Shown piece after piece: positions 9,927-20,461 of a stretch of DNA of 64,000 bases (position 1 is its first letter; each line of letters opens with the position of its first letter). Under the pieces are notes generated by a model. That model had not been told where the DNA came from. It worked only from the letters and a program-made list of their open reading frames with translations, and made no database searches. The position numbers and the translations under genes were made by a program. Source of the DNA: Chthoniobacteraceae bacterium. Lineage in GTDB: Bacteria; Verrucomicrobiota; Verrucomicrobiia; Chthoniobacterales; Chthoniobacteraceae. The DNA lies in assembly GCA_031409655.1 (NCBI GenBank), contig JANNXQ010000078.1, positions 1 to 64,000 of the forward strand. Direction: 5' to 3'.

Positions 9927-10721
9927 TCAGCCGAGGGAAGCCCCTCCCCAAAGGCTGAGATGGGTAGCGCCCGCGCCCGGCTGACGGTCGATCTCCCGGA
10001 AGCCGATTCCGCCAAGATGCGCTTTCACCTTTCGATCCACCTCGAGCCCGTGCGTCTCGATGACCAGGAAGCGGACCCGCGCGCGGTCTGCCGCCGTGAT
10101 CTGCGGCACGACCCGCTCCTCCGCGCCTTCGATGTCGATCTTGAGGAGGTCGATCGGCCCATGGACAGCGGCTTGGGTGAAAAGCTCTGTCCACGGAAGC
10201 AAAGGTACTGGGCAACCGCCGTCCACCGCACCGCCCGCCATACTTTGGCCGGTGTCGCGTTCCTCCACGCGCACCAAAGTCTCGCCAGGCTGGTCCCAGA
10301 CGGCGGCATTGATCGAGCGGACTGCGTAGAGACGGTTCAATTCGAGATTCAGGGTCAGCCGGGCGTGGGTGGCCGGGTTCATCTCGATGGCCGTGCCTTT
10401 GACCCTCAAGCAACCGGGCCGCACGAGTTGGCACACGCGGATGTCGAAGGCCCCGATGTTCGCACCGAGATTCACGTAGCGGAAACTTTCCCGGCCCTCC
10501 GCGGCCCTTCGAATGGCCGTGTCGTACATGCCTTCGAGGAGCACCTCTCCGATCGCAGAAGCATCCGAGCCCTGACTGTCGATGAGCATCTGCATCCCGC
10601 CGTGCTCGATCACGACGGTGCGCTTGCGCCGGAAGAGATGCCGTGTGGCGAGGATTTCGAGCGGGTTCCCAAAGCGGAAAGCCCACTGGATCCCTCCGAC
10701 GATTTCACGCAGCCGGCTCAT
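9927..10721 (-). CDS. FkbM-family methyltransferase
   Basis: VNLGANIG, IDLLKIDIEGAE, VIETH. Confidence 0.88.
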   Translation of the reverse strand: MSRLREIVGGIQWAFRFGNPLEILATRHLFRRKRTVVIEHGGMQMLIDSQGSDASAIGEVLLEGMYDTAIRRAAEGRESFRYVNLGANIGAFDIRVCQLVRPGCLRVKGTAIEMNPATHARLTLNLELNRLYAVRSINAAVWDQPGETLVRVEERDTGQSMAGGAVDGGCPVPLLPWTELFTQAAVHGPIDLLKIDIEGAEERVVPQITAADRARVRFLVIETHGLEVDRKVKAHLGGIGFREIDRQPGAGATHLSLWGGASLG

Positions 10722-11677
10722 CTAGTGCGGGTGGTGGAAGAAGGGTCGCTTTCGCCGACGCGGAAGCAGTAATTCTTGAACTTATTCAGCTCGGGCCGGT
10801 TGGCTGGCCCCTCAGTGCCATCCAGCAGGAGCACTCTCGGGGTGAGGCCCAGCGCCGCAAGCGCCGCGGTGGTCGCGTCGAACTCGGACTCATAAACCTC
10901 AACCAGGAGGGTGATTCGTTCCCGATGTGCGGCGATAAACGATTTCATGCCGGCGATGACTTTCCCTTCATGCCCTTCGGCGTCGATCTTCACCAAAATC
11001 CGGCCGGCGTGCGGGAGGGTGAATCGCGCCAGGTTCTGGGACCAGAAGGCGTCGAATTCGACCAGCTCGATCTCATGAAATTTGGAGGGTAGTTGCTCGC
11101 CCGGCAGGAGATCGCGTCGCTTGTAGTTCTGGGCCTCGATACTACTGCCGCCACACGCCCCCTCAGGCACGAAGAGCCGGGCGCGTCCCGGAGCATCGGA
11201 CAGGCCGGTGTTTTGCGCGTTCACGGCGAGGCTATTCAGCGCCAGATTTGCCTGGAGTTCGCGGAAGGTGTCAGGATTCGGCTCGAAGGACCAGATGCGG
11301 TCTGGTGGCACGATCGAAGAGGCCAGCAGAGTCACAAACCCGCAGTTTGCGCCGACATCGATGAAGAGGTCGGAGGCGCGGAGGCGGCGCAACACGTAGG
11401 AGGCCACGTCATCGTAGTCGCCGAACCAGTAGAAGCGCTGCGACTCGTCACCCACGCGGATGTTCATTTTACGCTCCACGGGAATGGGCACCATGAGGCG
11501 GGGCAGCGGCAGGGTTTCGGCGCGGCCTTTCAAGCAGACCGAGAAGCAATGATCTTCGAGCCACCGGTTCAGGCGCACGGAGAAGATGCTGCGCGAGTAA
11601 CGAAAGAGTCCGACGGCCAAGCTCGCAGGGAGGAGGCGGAGGAGAGAGAGCGCGGCGGCGGCGAGCTTGCTAGTCAT
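10718..11677 (-). CDS. FkbM-family methyltransferase
   Basis: FIDVGANCG, SFEPNP, LVKIDAEGHE. Confidence 0.9.
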   Translation of the reverse strand: MTSKLAAAALSLLRLLPASLAVGLFRYSRSIFSVRLNRWLEDHCFSVCLKGRAETLPLPRLMVPIPVERKMNIRVGDESQRFYWFGDYDDVASYVLRRLRASDLFIDVGANCGFVTLLASSIVPPDRIWSFEPNPDTFRELQANLALNSLAVNAQNTGLSDAPGRARLFVPEGACGGSSIEAQNYKRRDLLPGEQLPSKFHEIELVEFDAFWSQNLARFTLPHAGRILVKIDAEGHEGKVIAGMKSFIAAHRERITLLVEVYESEFDATTAALAALGLTPRVLLLDGTEGPANRPELNKFKNYCFRVGESDPSSTTRTR

Positions 11678-11705
11678 ACGGCGGGATGCTTCGAGCTTGG
11701 CGGCC

Positions 11706-12467
11706 TCACTTTCCGAAGAGCGCATTGACGACCCCGTCGGCAGCGACGGCGCGCGGATTCGGCAGACGCCGGAGGCCGACTTCCTCGCAATATTTCAGGA
11801 CGGCGTCGGCAGCACCATCCGCCGGGATTTCGATCATCGCTGCGCGGAGGGTGACGCTGCGCAAGCTCTCTCTCAGCCCCGTGAGCGCGGGTAGTTCGAG
11901 GCCGTCGATGTCGAGTTTCAGGAGCGTCGGCGCGGGCACGCCGAGGAGTGCGCACAGGTCGTCGCCACGGGCGGCGAGGACGCCTTGCTGCAGCTTGCCG
12001 TCAGTGCGCCCGACCTGGTGCTGGGAGGAGCCAGCGCGTGGGTCGCTGACCGCGAGGGCGCTCAGGGCGGTGCGATCCGTGAGCCCGGCGCAGATGGGCG
12101 TGATCTGCGCGGTCACACCGTTGAGCACGATGTTTTCCCAGAGGTGTCCAAAGTTTGGGATGAACGGCTCGAAAGCGATCACGCGAGCTTCCGGGCAGAG
12201 TTTTGCGGCAAGGATCGCGTACGCGCCGACATTCGCCCCGATGTCCCAGAGCACGTCGCCGGGTCGCAGCGCCGTTTTCAACCATTCCACCATGTCTGGT
12301 TCGCCGGTAAAACTGCCCTTGGCGCGGTTGTGATATTCGATCCACGTGTGCACGGAGAAGGAGACAGAAATTCCCGTGGAGAGGACCGGGGAATCGATCA
12401 CCAGCGGCGGCTGTTCGAGCCGCCGATTGAGGCGTTGGGTGCGGAGAAAGCCGCTGAGCGATTTCAT
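11706..12467 (-). CDS. FkbM-family methyltransferase
   Basis: WDIGANVG, AFEP, LLKLDIDGLE. Confidence 0.9.
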   Translation of the reverse strand: MKSLSGFLRTQRLNRRLEQPPLVIDSPVLSTGISVSFSVHTWIEYHNRAKGSFTGEPDMVEWLKTALRPGDVLWDIGANVGAYAILAAKLCPEARVIAFEPFIPNFGHLWENIVLNGVTAQITPICAGLTDRTALSALAVSDPRAGSSQHQVGRTDGKLQQGVLAARGDDLCALLGVPAPTLLKLDIDGLELPALTGLRESLRSVTLRAAMIEIPADGAADAVLKYCEEVGLRRLPNPRAVAADGVVNALFGK

Positions 12468-12516
12468 GGACGAAGAATTTTGGGAGCGGGATGGGGAAGA
12501 GCGGCAGCGAAATTCG

Positions 12517-14142
12517 TCAGGCAGCACGATCATAGGTAGCGCGCAGATGGCGGCTGAGGAAGACCGGGGCCGGGCAGTCGCCGAAGGTGGACGCCGAGCC
12601 TGCGTCTCCGAGGCTGGGCAGGTGCGCGCGCGGATCGAATTGCGGATCATTAAGCATGGCGAGATCAATCTGGCGCGCGATGCCATCCGCGGCGATGCGA
12701 TGCCCGAAATCGTGGCTCATCGGGAAGTACCAGAGCGGCAGGCCGAGGTGGTGCAACTCGTACATGACTGTCGTGAAGGTGCCGGCGCAGACGTCGAGGC
12801 AATGGAGTGTTTCTTCCGTGAACGTCCGGAGCAGATGCAACCGCGCCTCCGGCAGAAAACGCAACTGCACGGCATCCGGCGTATCGGGCCGCAGCTTGAA
12901 ATAGACCTCGAGGCCGCGGGCCAGCATGGCATTCACGTAGGCAGCCGTTTCGGCCGGATCGGCCAGGAATTCCCACGCAAACAGGACTCGGACCGGGGAC
13001 CCTGGGGGCCGGGCGGGGCGTGGGGCGAGGCGGAGCGACCCGGGACGAATGTGGCCGCAGGCGAGCACTCGGGAGGTGCGATAGACATTCGAGATCTCTC
13101 CCAGAACCCGCTGCCAGTAGTCGTTCCAGACCAGGAAGATCGAGTGGCCGATACAATATTCCGGAGGGATGCCGGGACAAATCCACCCGACATTCAATTT
13201 CCGAAAAGGTCCGGTCTGCACGGCGATCGTTTCGATCCCCAATTTCCGGGCAGGCGCAAGATACGCGACGTGGGCGGTGTGGTCGTCGATGCCCGCGATC
13301 CATTGCACCCCGGCAAAAGCCAGATCCCGGCCAACGAATCGCTCCCAAGCGCGGTTGGCTTCGAGATGCGCGGCGAGGTGCTCGACGATGAGTTGGAGGG
13401 CCGGTCTGAGCTCTGGCTCAAAGCGCTGGAGCGCGTCCTCCGTCAGCCGCGGGCTCGTGGAATTCTGCGCGAGCAGGGATCGGTGAAGATACTGCGCATG
13501 GGGCAGGTAAAGGACGGGTTCCGGAAAACGCCGATGAAAGGCGAGGAACGACTTGAAGCCGGAGAAGACGAAGGACTGGACATAGCGCGGGCCGTCTTTG
13601 ACGAGGCCGTCGCAGATGTCGCGGAGCCGGAAATTGCGATTGGAATTCGCGTCCGGTACTGCGGCGAAAATCAGGCCGCGAATTCCGGCCCAGCGCATCC
13701 AGATTCCGACCAGCCAGTTATTCAAAGATAGAAAGCCCAGTTCCGCCCGGTCGCGCCACCAATCGAAAGCCGTCGCCGGCCGCAGTGGGCGGTAAGCAGG
13801 CGTTCTGCGAAGCGCCAGGAGCAGGGAGTCCAGGTCGGGGATCTGCGTTTCCACCTCGGCAGATGGCTCGGTGTTCAGCCAAGTCAAAAACTCCCGGTAC
13901 TTTAGTAACGGACGAACGAATGCCCAGAAAAGCCACTCCTGATAGAGCGCCCAGTGGAAGACCCCATCCTGCTCCCAGGCGGCGTAGAGTTTCCTCCCCG
14001 TGTCCGTCGCGCATTGGTTGAGTCGCTCGATCAGCGCGTAACTTCCCGCGAGGTCTTCGGTGAGTGGAAAGTGCCGGTCTGCGTGACCATCGATCGCAAC
14101 GATCAGTTCACCCGCTTCTTCGTGAACGACAAACCGGGGCAT
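12517..14142 (-). CDS. Hypothetical polysaccharide-biosynthesis protein, possibly a GT-B-fold ulosonate/sialyl-type transferase
   Basis: ARKLGIETIAVQTG, FLVWNDYW, YFKLRP, TTVMYE..LGLP resemble GT-B capsule enzymes; adjacent to the CMP-transferase gene. Confidence 0.55.
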   Translation of the reverse strand: MPRFVVHEEAGELIVAIDGHADRHFPLTEDLAGSYALIERLNQCATDTGRKLYAAWEQDGVFHWALYQEWLFWAFVRPLLKYREFLTWLNTEPSAEVETQIPDLDSLLLALRRTPAYRPLRPATAFDWWRDRAELGFLSLNNWLVGIWMRWAGIRGLIFAAVPDANSNRNFRLRDICDGLVKDGPRYVQSFVFSGFKSFLAFHRRFPEPVLYLPHAQYLHRSLLAQNSTSPRLTEDALQRFEPELRPALQLIVEHLAAHLEANRAWERFVGRDLAFAGVQWIAGIDDHTAHVAYLAPARKLGIETIAVQTGPFRKLNVGWICPGIPPEYCIGHSIFLVWNDYWQRVLGEISNVYRTSRVLACGHIRPGSLRLAPRPARPPGSPVRVLFAWEFLADPAETAAYVNAMLARGLEVYFKLRPDTPDAVQLRFLPEARLHLLRTFTEETLHCLDVCAGTFTTVMYELHHLGLPLWYFPMSHDFGHRIAADGIARQIDLAMLNDPQFDPRAHLPSLGDAGSASTFGDCPAPVFLSRHLRATYDRAA

Positions 14143-14164
14143 GGCGGTTCGCGGGTGGCACTGC

Positions 14165-14938
14165 TTACCGCCGGACTTTCGCCGTGTAGTCCATCTTCGC
14201 AAAGAGCTCGTCGGCCCGCATGAGTTCATCCGCACGCGGTAAATCCTCAGGCGCATCGACGCTCTTGGTCGCAAAGGGGGTCTCCAGCATCTTGATCTTC
14301 CGGCCGGATTCGAGGAACCGCAGCATGTCGATCGACTCAATGATCTCCAGCGGCGTCGAGGGCAGATTCGTATAGTCCTCCAGCGATTCGCGGCTGAAGC
14401 CCGAGGAGCCGATCCACACGTAGTAAGGAAATTGTTTGTCCCCGAGCCAGATGGACGGGATGGGTTCACGGGACATGAACATCGCGTCCCAATTCGCATC
14501 GAAGACGACCTTGCATTCGTTCATGTCTTTGGCCTCGGCGAGGTCCGTTTTGCGGACGACATTGATGCAACTCGCCTCCGGGTTTTTGCCCACCGCCTCG
14601 ACGACGTCACTGAGCGTCTCCGGGCGAATCAGCGCTTCATCACCCTGCAGGTTGACGACGACGTCGGGCTGGTAGTCGAGCAGCTTCACCGCCATCGCCA
14701 CCCGGTCGGAGGCGCGGCGGCAGGCATATTCGGTCATCAAGGTCTGGCCGCCGAATCCCGCGACCAGATCCCGGAGCTCTTCGTCGGGCGTGGCCACATA
14801 GACTTCTTCAAAGAGTGGGCAGAGTGCAGCCCTCCGATACACGTGCTCCAGCATCGGATAACCGGCAATGGAGGCGAGTGGTTTGCGCTGGAAGCGATAG
14901 GAGTTGAGGCGGGCGGGGATGATGCAGACGGCTTTCAT
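14165..14938 (-). CDS. kdsB: 3-deoxy-manno-octulosonate cytidylyltransferase-like (CMP-ulosonate synthetase)
   Basis: IIPARLNSYRFQRKPL, VVNLQGDE, SREPIP, LEIIESIDMLRFLE, SVD.PEDL. Confidence 0.8.
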   Translation of the reverse strand: MKAVCIIPARLNSYRFQRKPLASIAGYPMLEHVYRRAALCPLFEEVYVATPDEELRDLVAGFGGQTLMTEYACRRASDRVAMAVKLLDYQPDVVVNLQGDEALIRPETLSDVVEAVGKNPEASCINVVRKTDLAEAKDMNECKVVFDANWDAMFMSREPIPSIWLGDKQFPYYVWIGSSGFSRESLEDYTNLPSTPLEIIESIDMLRFLESGRKIKMLETPFATKSVDAPEDLPRADELMRADELFAKMDYTAKVRR

Positions 14939-14984
14939 GGAATTGGGAGTCGAGGAAGATGAAAATGTTGTGGCAGCGTGCTGC

Positions 14985-15929
14985 TTAGAGATCCCTTCCC
15001 CACTGGACCATTACCGCTAGGCCGGTGGCAAGATCGACACGCGGCGTCCATCCCGTATCGGCAGTGAGCTTCGCGATGTCGGCCACGATGCCGAAAGTAT
15101 CGCCGGGCGTGCCGGTGGTGAATTTCACCGGATACTCGCCGGGGTGGTAACCAAAGGCGCGTAACTCCGCCTCGATCAAGCTACCCACGGTGGTCTTTTG
15201 TCCGGTCGCTACGTTATAAGACTGTCCGTAAGTGGCCGGGTTCTCCAGGCAGGCGAGGTAAGCTTCGATGACATCGTCGATATAGACGATGTCCCGGTAG
15301 CGATCGGGCGCGCCTTTCACGATGAGATCCTGCTTCTTGAGAATGTAAGCGAGGAAGATGCTGACCATGCCTTGACGCATGTTGGCGAGGTTTTGCCCGG
15401 GGCCATAGACGTTGAAGAGCCGTAGCGCGGTGGAGTCGATCCCGAGTGGGGTATAGGCGTGGAGGTAGGCTTCGGAGGCCAGCTTGCCGACTCCATAGAA
15501 GGACTTCGGCACGGGTGTGGCGGTCTCGGAGACTGGCTGCAACTCCTGATCGCCATAGATCGACATCGAGCTCGTGAAAAGGAAGCGCCGGGTGCCGTGC
15601 TCCTTGCACCAGCCAAGGAGCAGCAGGGTGCTCTGGCAATTGGTGCGCAGATCGTAGGAGGGATCGTCGAAGGAAATCTCGCCGGAGGACTGCGCCGCGA
15701 GGTGAAAGACGGCGTCGTAACGGCGCGCGGGGAGTTGGGTCGCGAGGTCGTTGCGGGAGACATCGACCTCGAAGAACGCCGCGCCCTCGGGAACGTTTTC
15801 CCGGTACCCTGTTGAGAGATTATCCACCACATCCACCTGCCATCCGTCGCGCAGGAGTCGGCGGGCAAGGTGGGAACCGATAAAGCCGGCTCCGCCGGTG
15901 ACGAGGGCTGAACGTGCGGGCTGAGACAT
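14985..15929 (-). CDS. NAD-dependent epimerase/dehydratase
   Basis: VTGGAGFIGSHL, YGVGK (YxxxK), RLFNVYGPGQ. Confidence 0.93.
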   Translation of the reverse strand: MSQPARSALVTGGAGFIGSHLARRLLRDGWQVDVVDNLSTGYRENVPEGAAFFEVDVSRNDLATQLPARRYDAVFHLAAQSSGEISFDDPSYDLRTNCQSTLLLLGWCKEHGTRRFLFTSSMSIYGDQELQPVSETATPVPKSFYGVGKLASEAYLHAYTPLGIDSTALRLFNVYGPGQNLANMRQGMVSIFLAYILKKQDLIVKGAPDRYRDIVYIDDVIEAYLACLENPATYGQSYNVATGQKTTVGSLIEAELRAFGYHPGEYPVKFTTGTPGDTFGIVADIAKLTADTGWTPRVDLATGLAVMVQWGRDL

Positions 15930-15935
15930 GGGAGG

Positions 15936-17294
15936 CTAAGTCTGGGGTGAATTCGCTTTCGGGGATTTGAAGAGCGAAACGAGTGCCTGGCCCCACGGCA
16001 TCGGGTAGGCTTCGCGGGAAGCGGTGATCGCGCCGATTGCCGTCGCGCAAAAGGCTAGGAAAGTGGCCTGCGCCGCGCCAACCGGACCATTCAGGAGGAT
16101 GAGGATCGGGCAGGCGATGACGAGGACGATGCCGCCGAGGAAATCGGCGCGCCAGGTCATGAGGGAGGTGCGTTTTGAATACACAACGAAAGTGGAGAAG
16201 ATGCCATAGACGCCCAGCGCGGCGTAGGTCAACGCCATCCAGGTGATATATTCCCCCGCACCGTAGAACCGGGGGCCGACGACGACCGGCAGAAGCCAGC
16301 TCAGCCCGAATGCACAGACCAAAGCCAGGACCGGCAGAGCCAGTGCCGCCACCAGCAGGAAACGGCAGAGGCGCAACTTGTCGAGCGGTTCCCCGCTGCT
16401 GAGCTTTTTGCAAAGCGCCGGAAAGTAGGCACCCTGGGCGGCGCCAACGATCATGCCGAGGGGCGAGGTGAGATTGTAGGCGAGGCTATAGAGGCCGGTA
16501 TCGGCAACGGTCGCGAGGTTGTTCAGAAAGAGGCGGGCGGCCATGGTCATCACCCAGCCACCGAGGGCATGAGGGATGAGCGGGACACCGAAGTCGAGCA
16601 GCTCGCGCAAAGCCTGGCGCGAGAAGACCAGTCGGAGGAGATCGAGACGGAAGATCAGGCTGCGCAAGCAAATCAGGGCGATGACGGCCTGGGTGGCGAG
16701 GAGCGCCCACATCCGCCCGCGCCAGTCCATGTGCCACTGCACGACGAGGAAAAGGGAGAGCAGGAGATTGCCGACGCTGGCGACGGTCTGGAGCACGATG
16801 TAGCGGTAAGGTTCATCGCGGGCCTGGAGGAGGCCGGCATAGGTCCCCTGAATGACGGTCCCCAAAGCGAGGGCGATGATCGCGGGCAGCCACGCTGCGG
16901 GGAACTCGGTGGAACGCTCCAGCCACCAGCCAACGATGAGAATCACGCCAAGAAACAGACCGCTGAGCAGGGCGTTCAAGACCATCCCGGTGCTGACCAA
17001 CCGGCGAAGTTTTGCGGGGTCGTTGTCGAATTGCGAACGGGCGACGAGCCCGTAGGCATTGGCGCTGATCAGGACTCCGAAAATCTGGGTCAGGACCGAC
17101 GCCGTGCCCATGAGTCCGTAGTCCGTGGGCGTCAGATGCCGCGTGAGGATCGGGATGATCACCAGCGGCAGCGCCGAGTTCAGGACGCTGCCGGCGAGAT
17201 AGATCGAGGAGCCCTTGAAAAAGGAAGAGCGGGTGAGTGCGCTGAGCCGCTGAGGCAGGAACTTCACGCGGGCGGGGAGGCTCGACTCACCCAA
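15936..17294 (-). CDS. wzx: Oligosaccharide flippase
   Basis: PILTRHLTPTDYG, about 12 TM helices, FGVPLIPHAL, TGLYSLAY. Confidence 0.88.
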   Translation of the reverse strand: MGESSLPARVKFLPQRLSALTRSSFFKGSSIYLAGSVLNSALPLVIIPILTRHLTPTDYGLMGTASVLTQIFGVLISANAYGLVARSQFDNDPAKLRRLVSTGMVLNALLSGLFLGVILIVGWWLERSTEFPAAWLPAIIALALGTVIQGTYAGLLQARDEPYRYIVLQTVASVGNLLLSLFLVVQWHMDWRGRMWALLATQAVIALICLRSLIFRLDLLRLVFSRQALRELLDFGVPLIPHALGGWVMTMAARLFLNNLATVADTGLYSLAYNLTSPLGMIVGAAQGAYFPALCKKLSSGEPLDKLRLCRFLLVAALALPVLALVCAFGLSWLLPVVVGPRFYGAGEYITWMALTYAALGVYGIFSTFVVYSKRTSLMTWRADFLGGIVLVIACPILILLNGPVGAAQATFLAFCATAIGAITASREAYPMPWGQALVSLFKSPKANSPQT

Positions 17295-17296
17295 GC

Positions 17297-18865
17297 TCAG
17301 CGCACGGTAGGTAAGATCACCGGACGGCGCGCCCGCCGTTCGGGATAGGTAGGACCCGTCTCGGATTTCCCGGGTGACTTGAAGGCCACCGGTTCCTCTT
17401 CGTCGGGCTTGCGGTTACTGAGACCGATGCTGATGCTGATGAGGGACCCGTAGAGCCACCAGCGGGAGAAAGCATCGCGCGCGGAATGGCCGCTGACGTG
17501 CGAAAAAGCGACGTCGCGCGTCGTGAAAAGCAGGATGTAGATGGCGAGGATTTGCATGAACGATCCGCCGGGCGCGCGACGAAAAGTACGGTAACCCAGC
17601 GTGAGATAGGTCGCATAAATGACCGCCAAGAGGATCGACGCGGGGATCCCGAAGTCTGCGGCGTAACCAAGCCAGGTATTATGCCAGGCCGAGCCCATCG
17701 CAAACGGCGCCACTTGCTCCTCCATGCCGCCGAGACCGGAAGACTGAATCCGGTACATCAGCGACATGTCCATCTTGTAACCCGTCCCTATCCAGGGATC
17801 GAGTTTGATCTTCTCGGTCGCCAGAAGGCGGAGCATTTTGCGGAAGTCGTCACCACCGCCTTCGAACCCTTGCAGCGCCGCATCCCACTGCCCCGGCAGC
17901 CACGACACCGCGCGCTGCGCGACCAGCGGGAGGTGGAAGAGCGTGCCGTGGCCAACCACGATGATGGAACCCGCCACGACGGCACCGGCAACCCAAAGAG
18001 TGAGGAATGCCCATTCCTTCCGATAAAATGCGGCGGCAATCGCCCAGAGCGGCACGACGGCTACGGCGCTCCTCTTTCCGCTGAGCAAAATGATGATCAC
18101 GCAGACCGCAAAAACCGGGAGCATCCACAGATTCCGCAAGCTGAAGATCTCGCGGGCTGGGTAGCGGCTAAACAAGAGGAGGAAAGCGACCAGCGGGATA
18201 TTCGCGAGAGCCTGGTGCCAACTGTAGTAGTCATCCGGACTCGCCCCGCCCCCGGCCAGTACCCCACGCTCGATCGGATGGAAGAAGATGAAGATTTCTT
18301 TCGCGGTGCCGATGAAGGAACCGCCCAGAATCATGATGAGGATCCACTTACACTCGCGTTCGCCGATCTTCTGATTGGCCACGATGACAAAGACCGCGAA
18401 GGCCATGGCCAGCTTGGCGTAGTCGCGCGCCCCGCCCTCACCGGCGCCGAATCCACTCAAGCCCACCGGATTCTTGCAGAAGACGAAGGCCACCCATCCG
18501 GCATAGAGCAGCACCGGGATATGAAGGCCGCGGAAGAGCGTGAAACTCTGTTTGCGCAGGGCGTAACGGATGATGAAAACCACCGAGCAGAGCGCCGCGG
18601 TGATTTCGGTCATCTCGATCACCTTCCCTTTAAAAGGTACCGCCGGAAGATCGCAGACGTAGGCGAATGGGATGAGCATCCAATACTTGTCGCCCAGGAT
18701 CATCATCAGCGCGGTCGCGCCAGCGCCGAGGAGCCAGAGGTACACTTTGAAGAGATCCCCTTCGCCAAGGGCCACTCCGAAGGCGGCAGCGGCCATCAAG
18801 GAGATCGCCGTGGCAATGAAGAGATGCAGCCGGGAAGGCAGGCGATGGATCCAAGCTTCAAACAT
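17297..18865 (-). CDS. O-antigen ligase/polymerase-family membrane protein (Wzy_C)
   Basis: Multi-TM, LLSGKRSA, PWIGTG, WHNTWLGYAADFG. Confidence 0.8.
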   Translation of the reverse strand: MFEAWIHRLPSRLHLFIATAISLMAAAAFGVALGEGDLFKVYLWLLGAGATALMMILGDKYWMLIPFAYVCDLPAVPFKGKVIEMTEITAALCSVVFIIRYALRKQSFTLFRGLHIPVLLYAGWVAFVFCKNPVGLSGFGAGEGGARDYAKLAMAFAVFVIVANQKIGERECKWILIMILGGSFIGTAKEIFIFFHPIERGVLAGGGASPDDYYSWHQALANIPLVAFLLLFSRYPAREIFSLRNLWMLPVFAVCVIIILLSGKRSAVAVVPLWAIAAAFYRKEWAFLTLWVAGAVVAGSIIVVGHGTLFHLPLVAQRAVSWLPGQWDAALQGFEGGGDDFRKMLRLLATEKIKLDPWIGTGYKMDMSLMYRIQSSGLGGMEEQVAPFAMGSAWHNTWLGYAADFGIPASILLAVIYATYLTLGYRTFRRAPGGSFMQILAIYILLFTTRDVAFSHVSGHSARDAFSRWWLYGSLISISIGLSNRKPDEEEPVAFKSPGKSETGPTYPERRARRPVILPTVR

Positions 18866-18937
18866 GCGCGGAGTTCGCGACCTTCGGCGAAGCACCGGCG
18901 GCAGTCAATCGCGCCAAGAGAACGCCTTCAGGGAACA

Positions 18938-20440
18938 TCACTTCGCCTCCTCCACGACTCTGCGCCAGAGCGTGAGACCCTGCCAGCGGCGCGCGGGTGC
19001 GTAGCCGTGTGCGGTCAGCCAGTGCTGGAGATGGTGGTTTTCGTCGAAGATGTCCGGACGGGAAAAGAAAATGGCGTCCGGCTCCGGTAATGGGGCGAGA
19101 ACGGCGGCGGACGGATTTCGCAGATAGATCACCCCGGGCCCTGGCTCCTCTGGCAGGCGAAAAGGCGTCTCGTAGTAGCGGAGCAGGCGGATCGCACCGG
19201 CCCACCAAACGTCACCTCCCGAAGCGACGATCTGCGCGGCCTCGGCCAGGGCAGCTCGCGAATCCTCCTTGGCATGGCGATCCGCAAAGCGGAACGACGC
19301 AGCCGAAGCTGCGGACACCAGAATGGCGCATCCGGCTAGCGCGCCACCGCGGGGATCGGCCCAAAGGCGGGCGAGGGCAAAGCCGAGAAGGAGCATGAGC
19401 ACGGGCAGGGCGGGTGCGAGGTGCCGCCCGAGCACCCGGGCGTGGGTCAGGCTGCCGAGGATGAAGAGCGCGACAATGGGCGCGCACCAGGCGATGGCCA
19501 GCGGCCAAAAGGCGCGACGGTTTTCCCGCCAGAAGCCAAGCACCGCGGTGAGCAAGAGCCCACCGAGCAAGACGCCACTGAGCGCGACCGAAAGGAGGAA
19601 GGGCTGGAAGGCCGCGAAGCCGCCCTCGCGGATCGCGTAGCGCCACGGCCCGAGGCCGGCAATCCCGAGCAATTCGTAGAAGGAGAAGGCCACATTAAGG
19701 AGGCCAGTTTCGCCATCGGTGGGTCTGGCATCCTCCAAAAGCATGACGCGCACGTAGTAGCTACCGAGCACGGCCAGCAGGGCCAGGGTGCCTCCGATCG
19801 CCATGAGATCGCCGCGCCGGACGACAAACTCCCGGCGCCACCACTGCCACCCGAGCAAGCCGATCGCGGAACCCGCCCAGAGCACCCCGAGCAGGCTGCT
19901 CCCACAGAGCACAAGTAACCCGACACCGAAGGTGACCGTCCACCACGTTCCGGCCCCGCTCGCCATGGAACGGCGGACGAAAAACGCCGTGACGAGCCCA
20001 GCCCCGGCAAGCTGCATGACATAAGGCCGCGCCTCATTCATGTAGTACCAAACAAACGGTGAGAAGGCCACGGCTAACGCGGACCCAAGGGCGAGACGAA
20101 GCCGGGAGCGCAGCGCCGCCAACATTCCCAACTGGAACACCGCATACCAGACCACGTTAGAGGCGCGAAAGAGCCACTCCGGGTGCGAACCGACTACTTT
20201 GTCCCAGAGCCACATGAAGGCCATGTAGACGGGCATATTGGTGTCCGACCCACCGTCCTCCATGAGTGCGTGATGGAAGCTGGACCAATCTGGCTGCGTG
20301 GCTTTGTAAGCGGTGTGGGCTTCGTCGATCCACAGACTCTCATCGCTCACCGCCAAGCCACCGGCGAAAAGCACGATCACGATGACCAGCCAATAAACCG
20401 ATTTCCTGACAGGCTCTCCGGATCGGTTCACTTGGGCCAC
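18938..20440 (-). CDS. GT-C (PMT/ArnT-like) membrane glycosyltransferase
   Basis: SLWIDEAHT, PVYMAFM, EWLFRASN, NEARPY, multi-TM. Confidence 0.75.
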   Translation of the reverse strand: MAQVNRSGEPVRKSVYWLVIVIVLFAGGLAVSDESLWIDEAHTAYKATQPDWSSFHHALMEDGGSDTNMPVYMAFMWLWDKVVGSHPEWLFRASNVVWYAVFQLGMLAALRSRLRLALGSALAVAFSPFVWYYMNEARPYVMQLAGAGLVTAFFVRRSMASGAGTWWTVTFGVGLLVLCGSSLLGVLWAGSAIGLLGWQWWRREFVVRRGDLMAIGGTLALLAVLGSYYVRVMLLEDARPTDGETGLLNVAFSFYELLGIAGLGPWRYAIREGGFAAFQPFLLSVALSGVLLGGLLLTAVLGFWRENRRAFWPLAIAWCAPIVALFILGSLTHARVLGRHLAPALPVLMLLLGFALARLWADPRGGALAGCAILVSAASAASFRFADRHAKEDSRAALAEAAQIVASGGDVWWAGAIRLLRYYETPFRLPEEPGPGVIYLRNPSAAVLAPLPEPDAIFFSRPDIFDENHHLQHWLTAHGYAPARRWQGLTLWRRVVEEAK

Positions 20441-20461
20441 GATTCCTGCGGTTGAAATGCC

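Noticed and set aside
15820..15828. DnaA-box-like TTATCCACC
   Set aside because: Single imperfect hit inside the epimerase CDS with no cluster
17486..19090. 534-aa + strand ORF
   Set aside because: Antisense to the O-antigen ligase/polymerase gene
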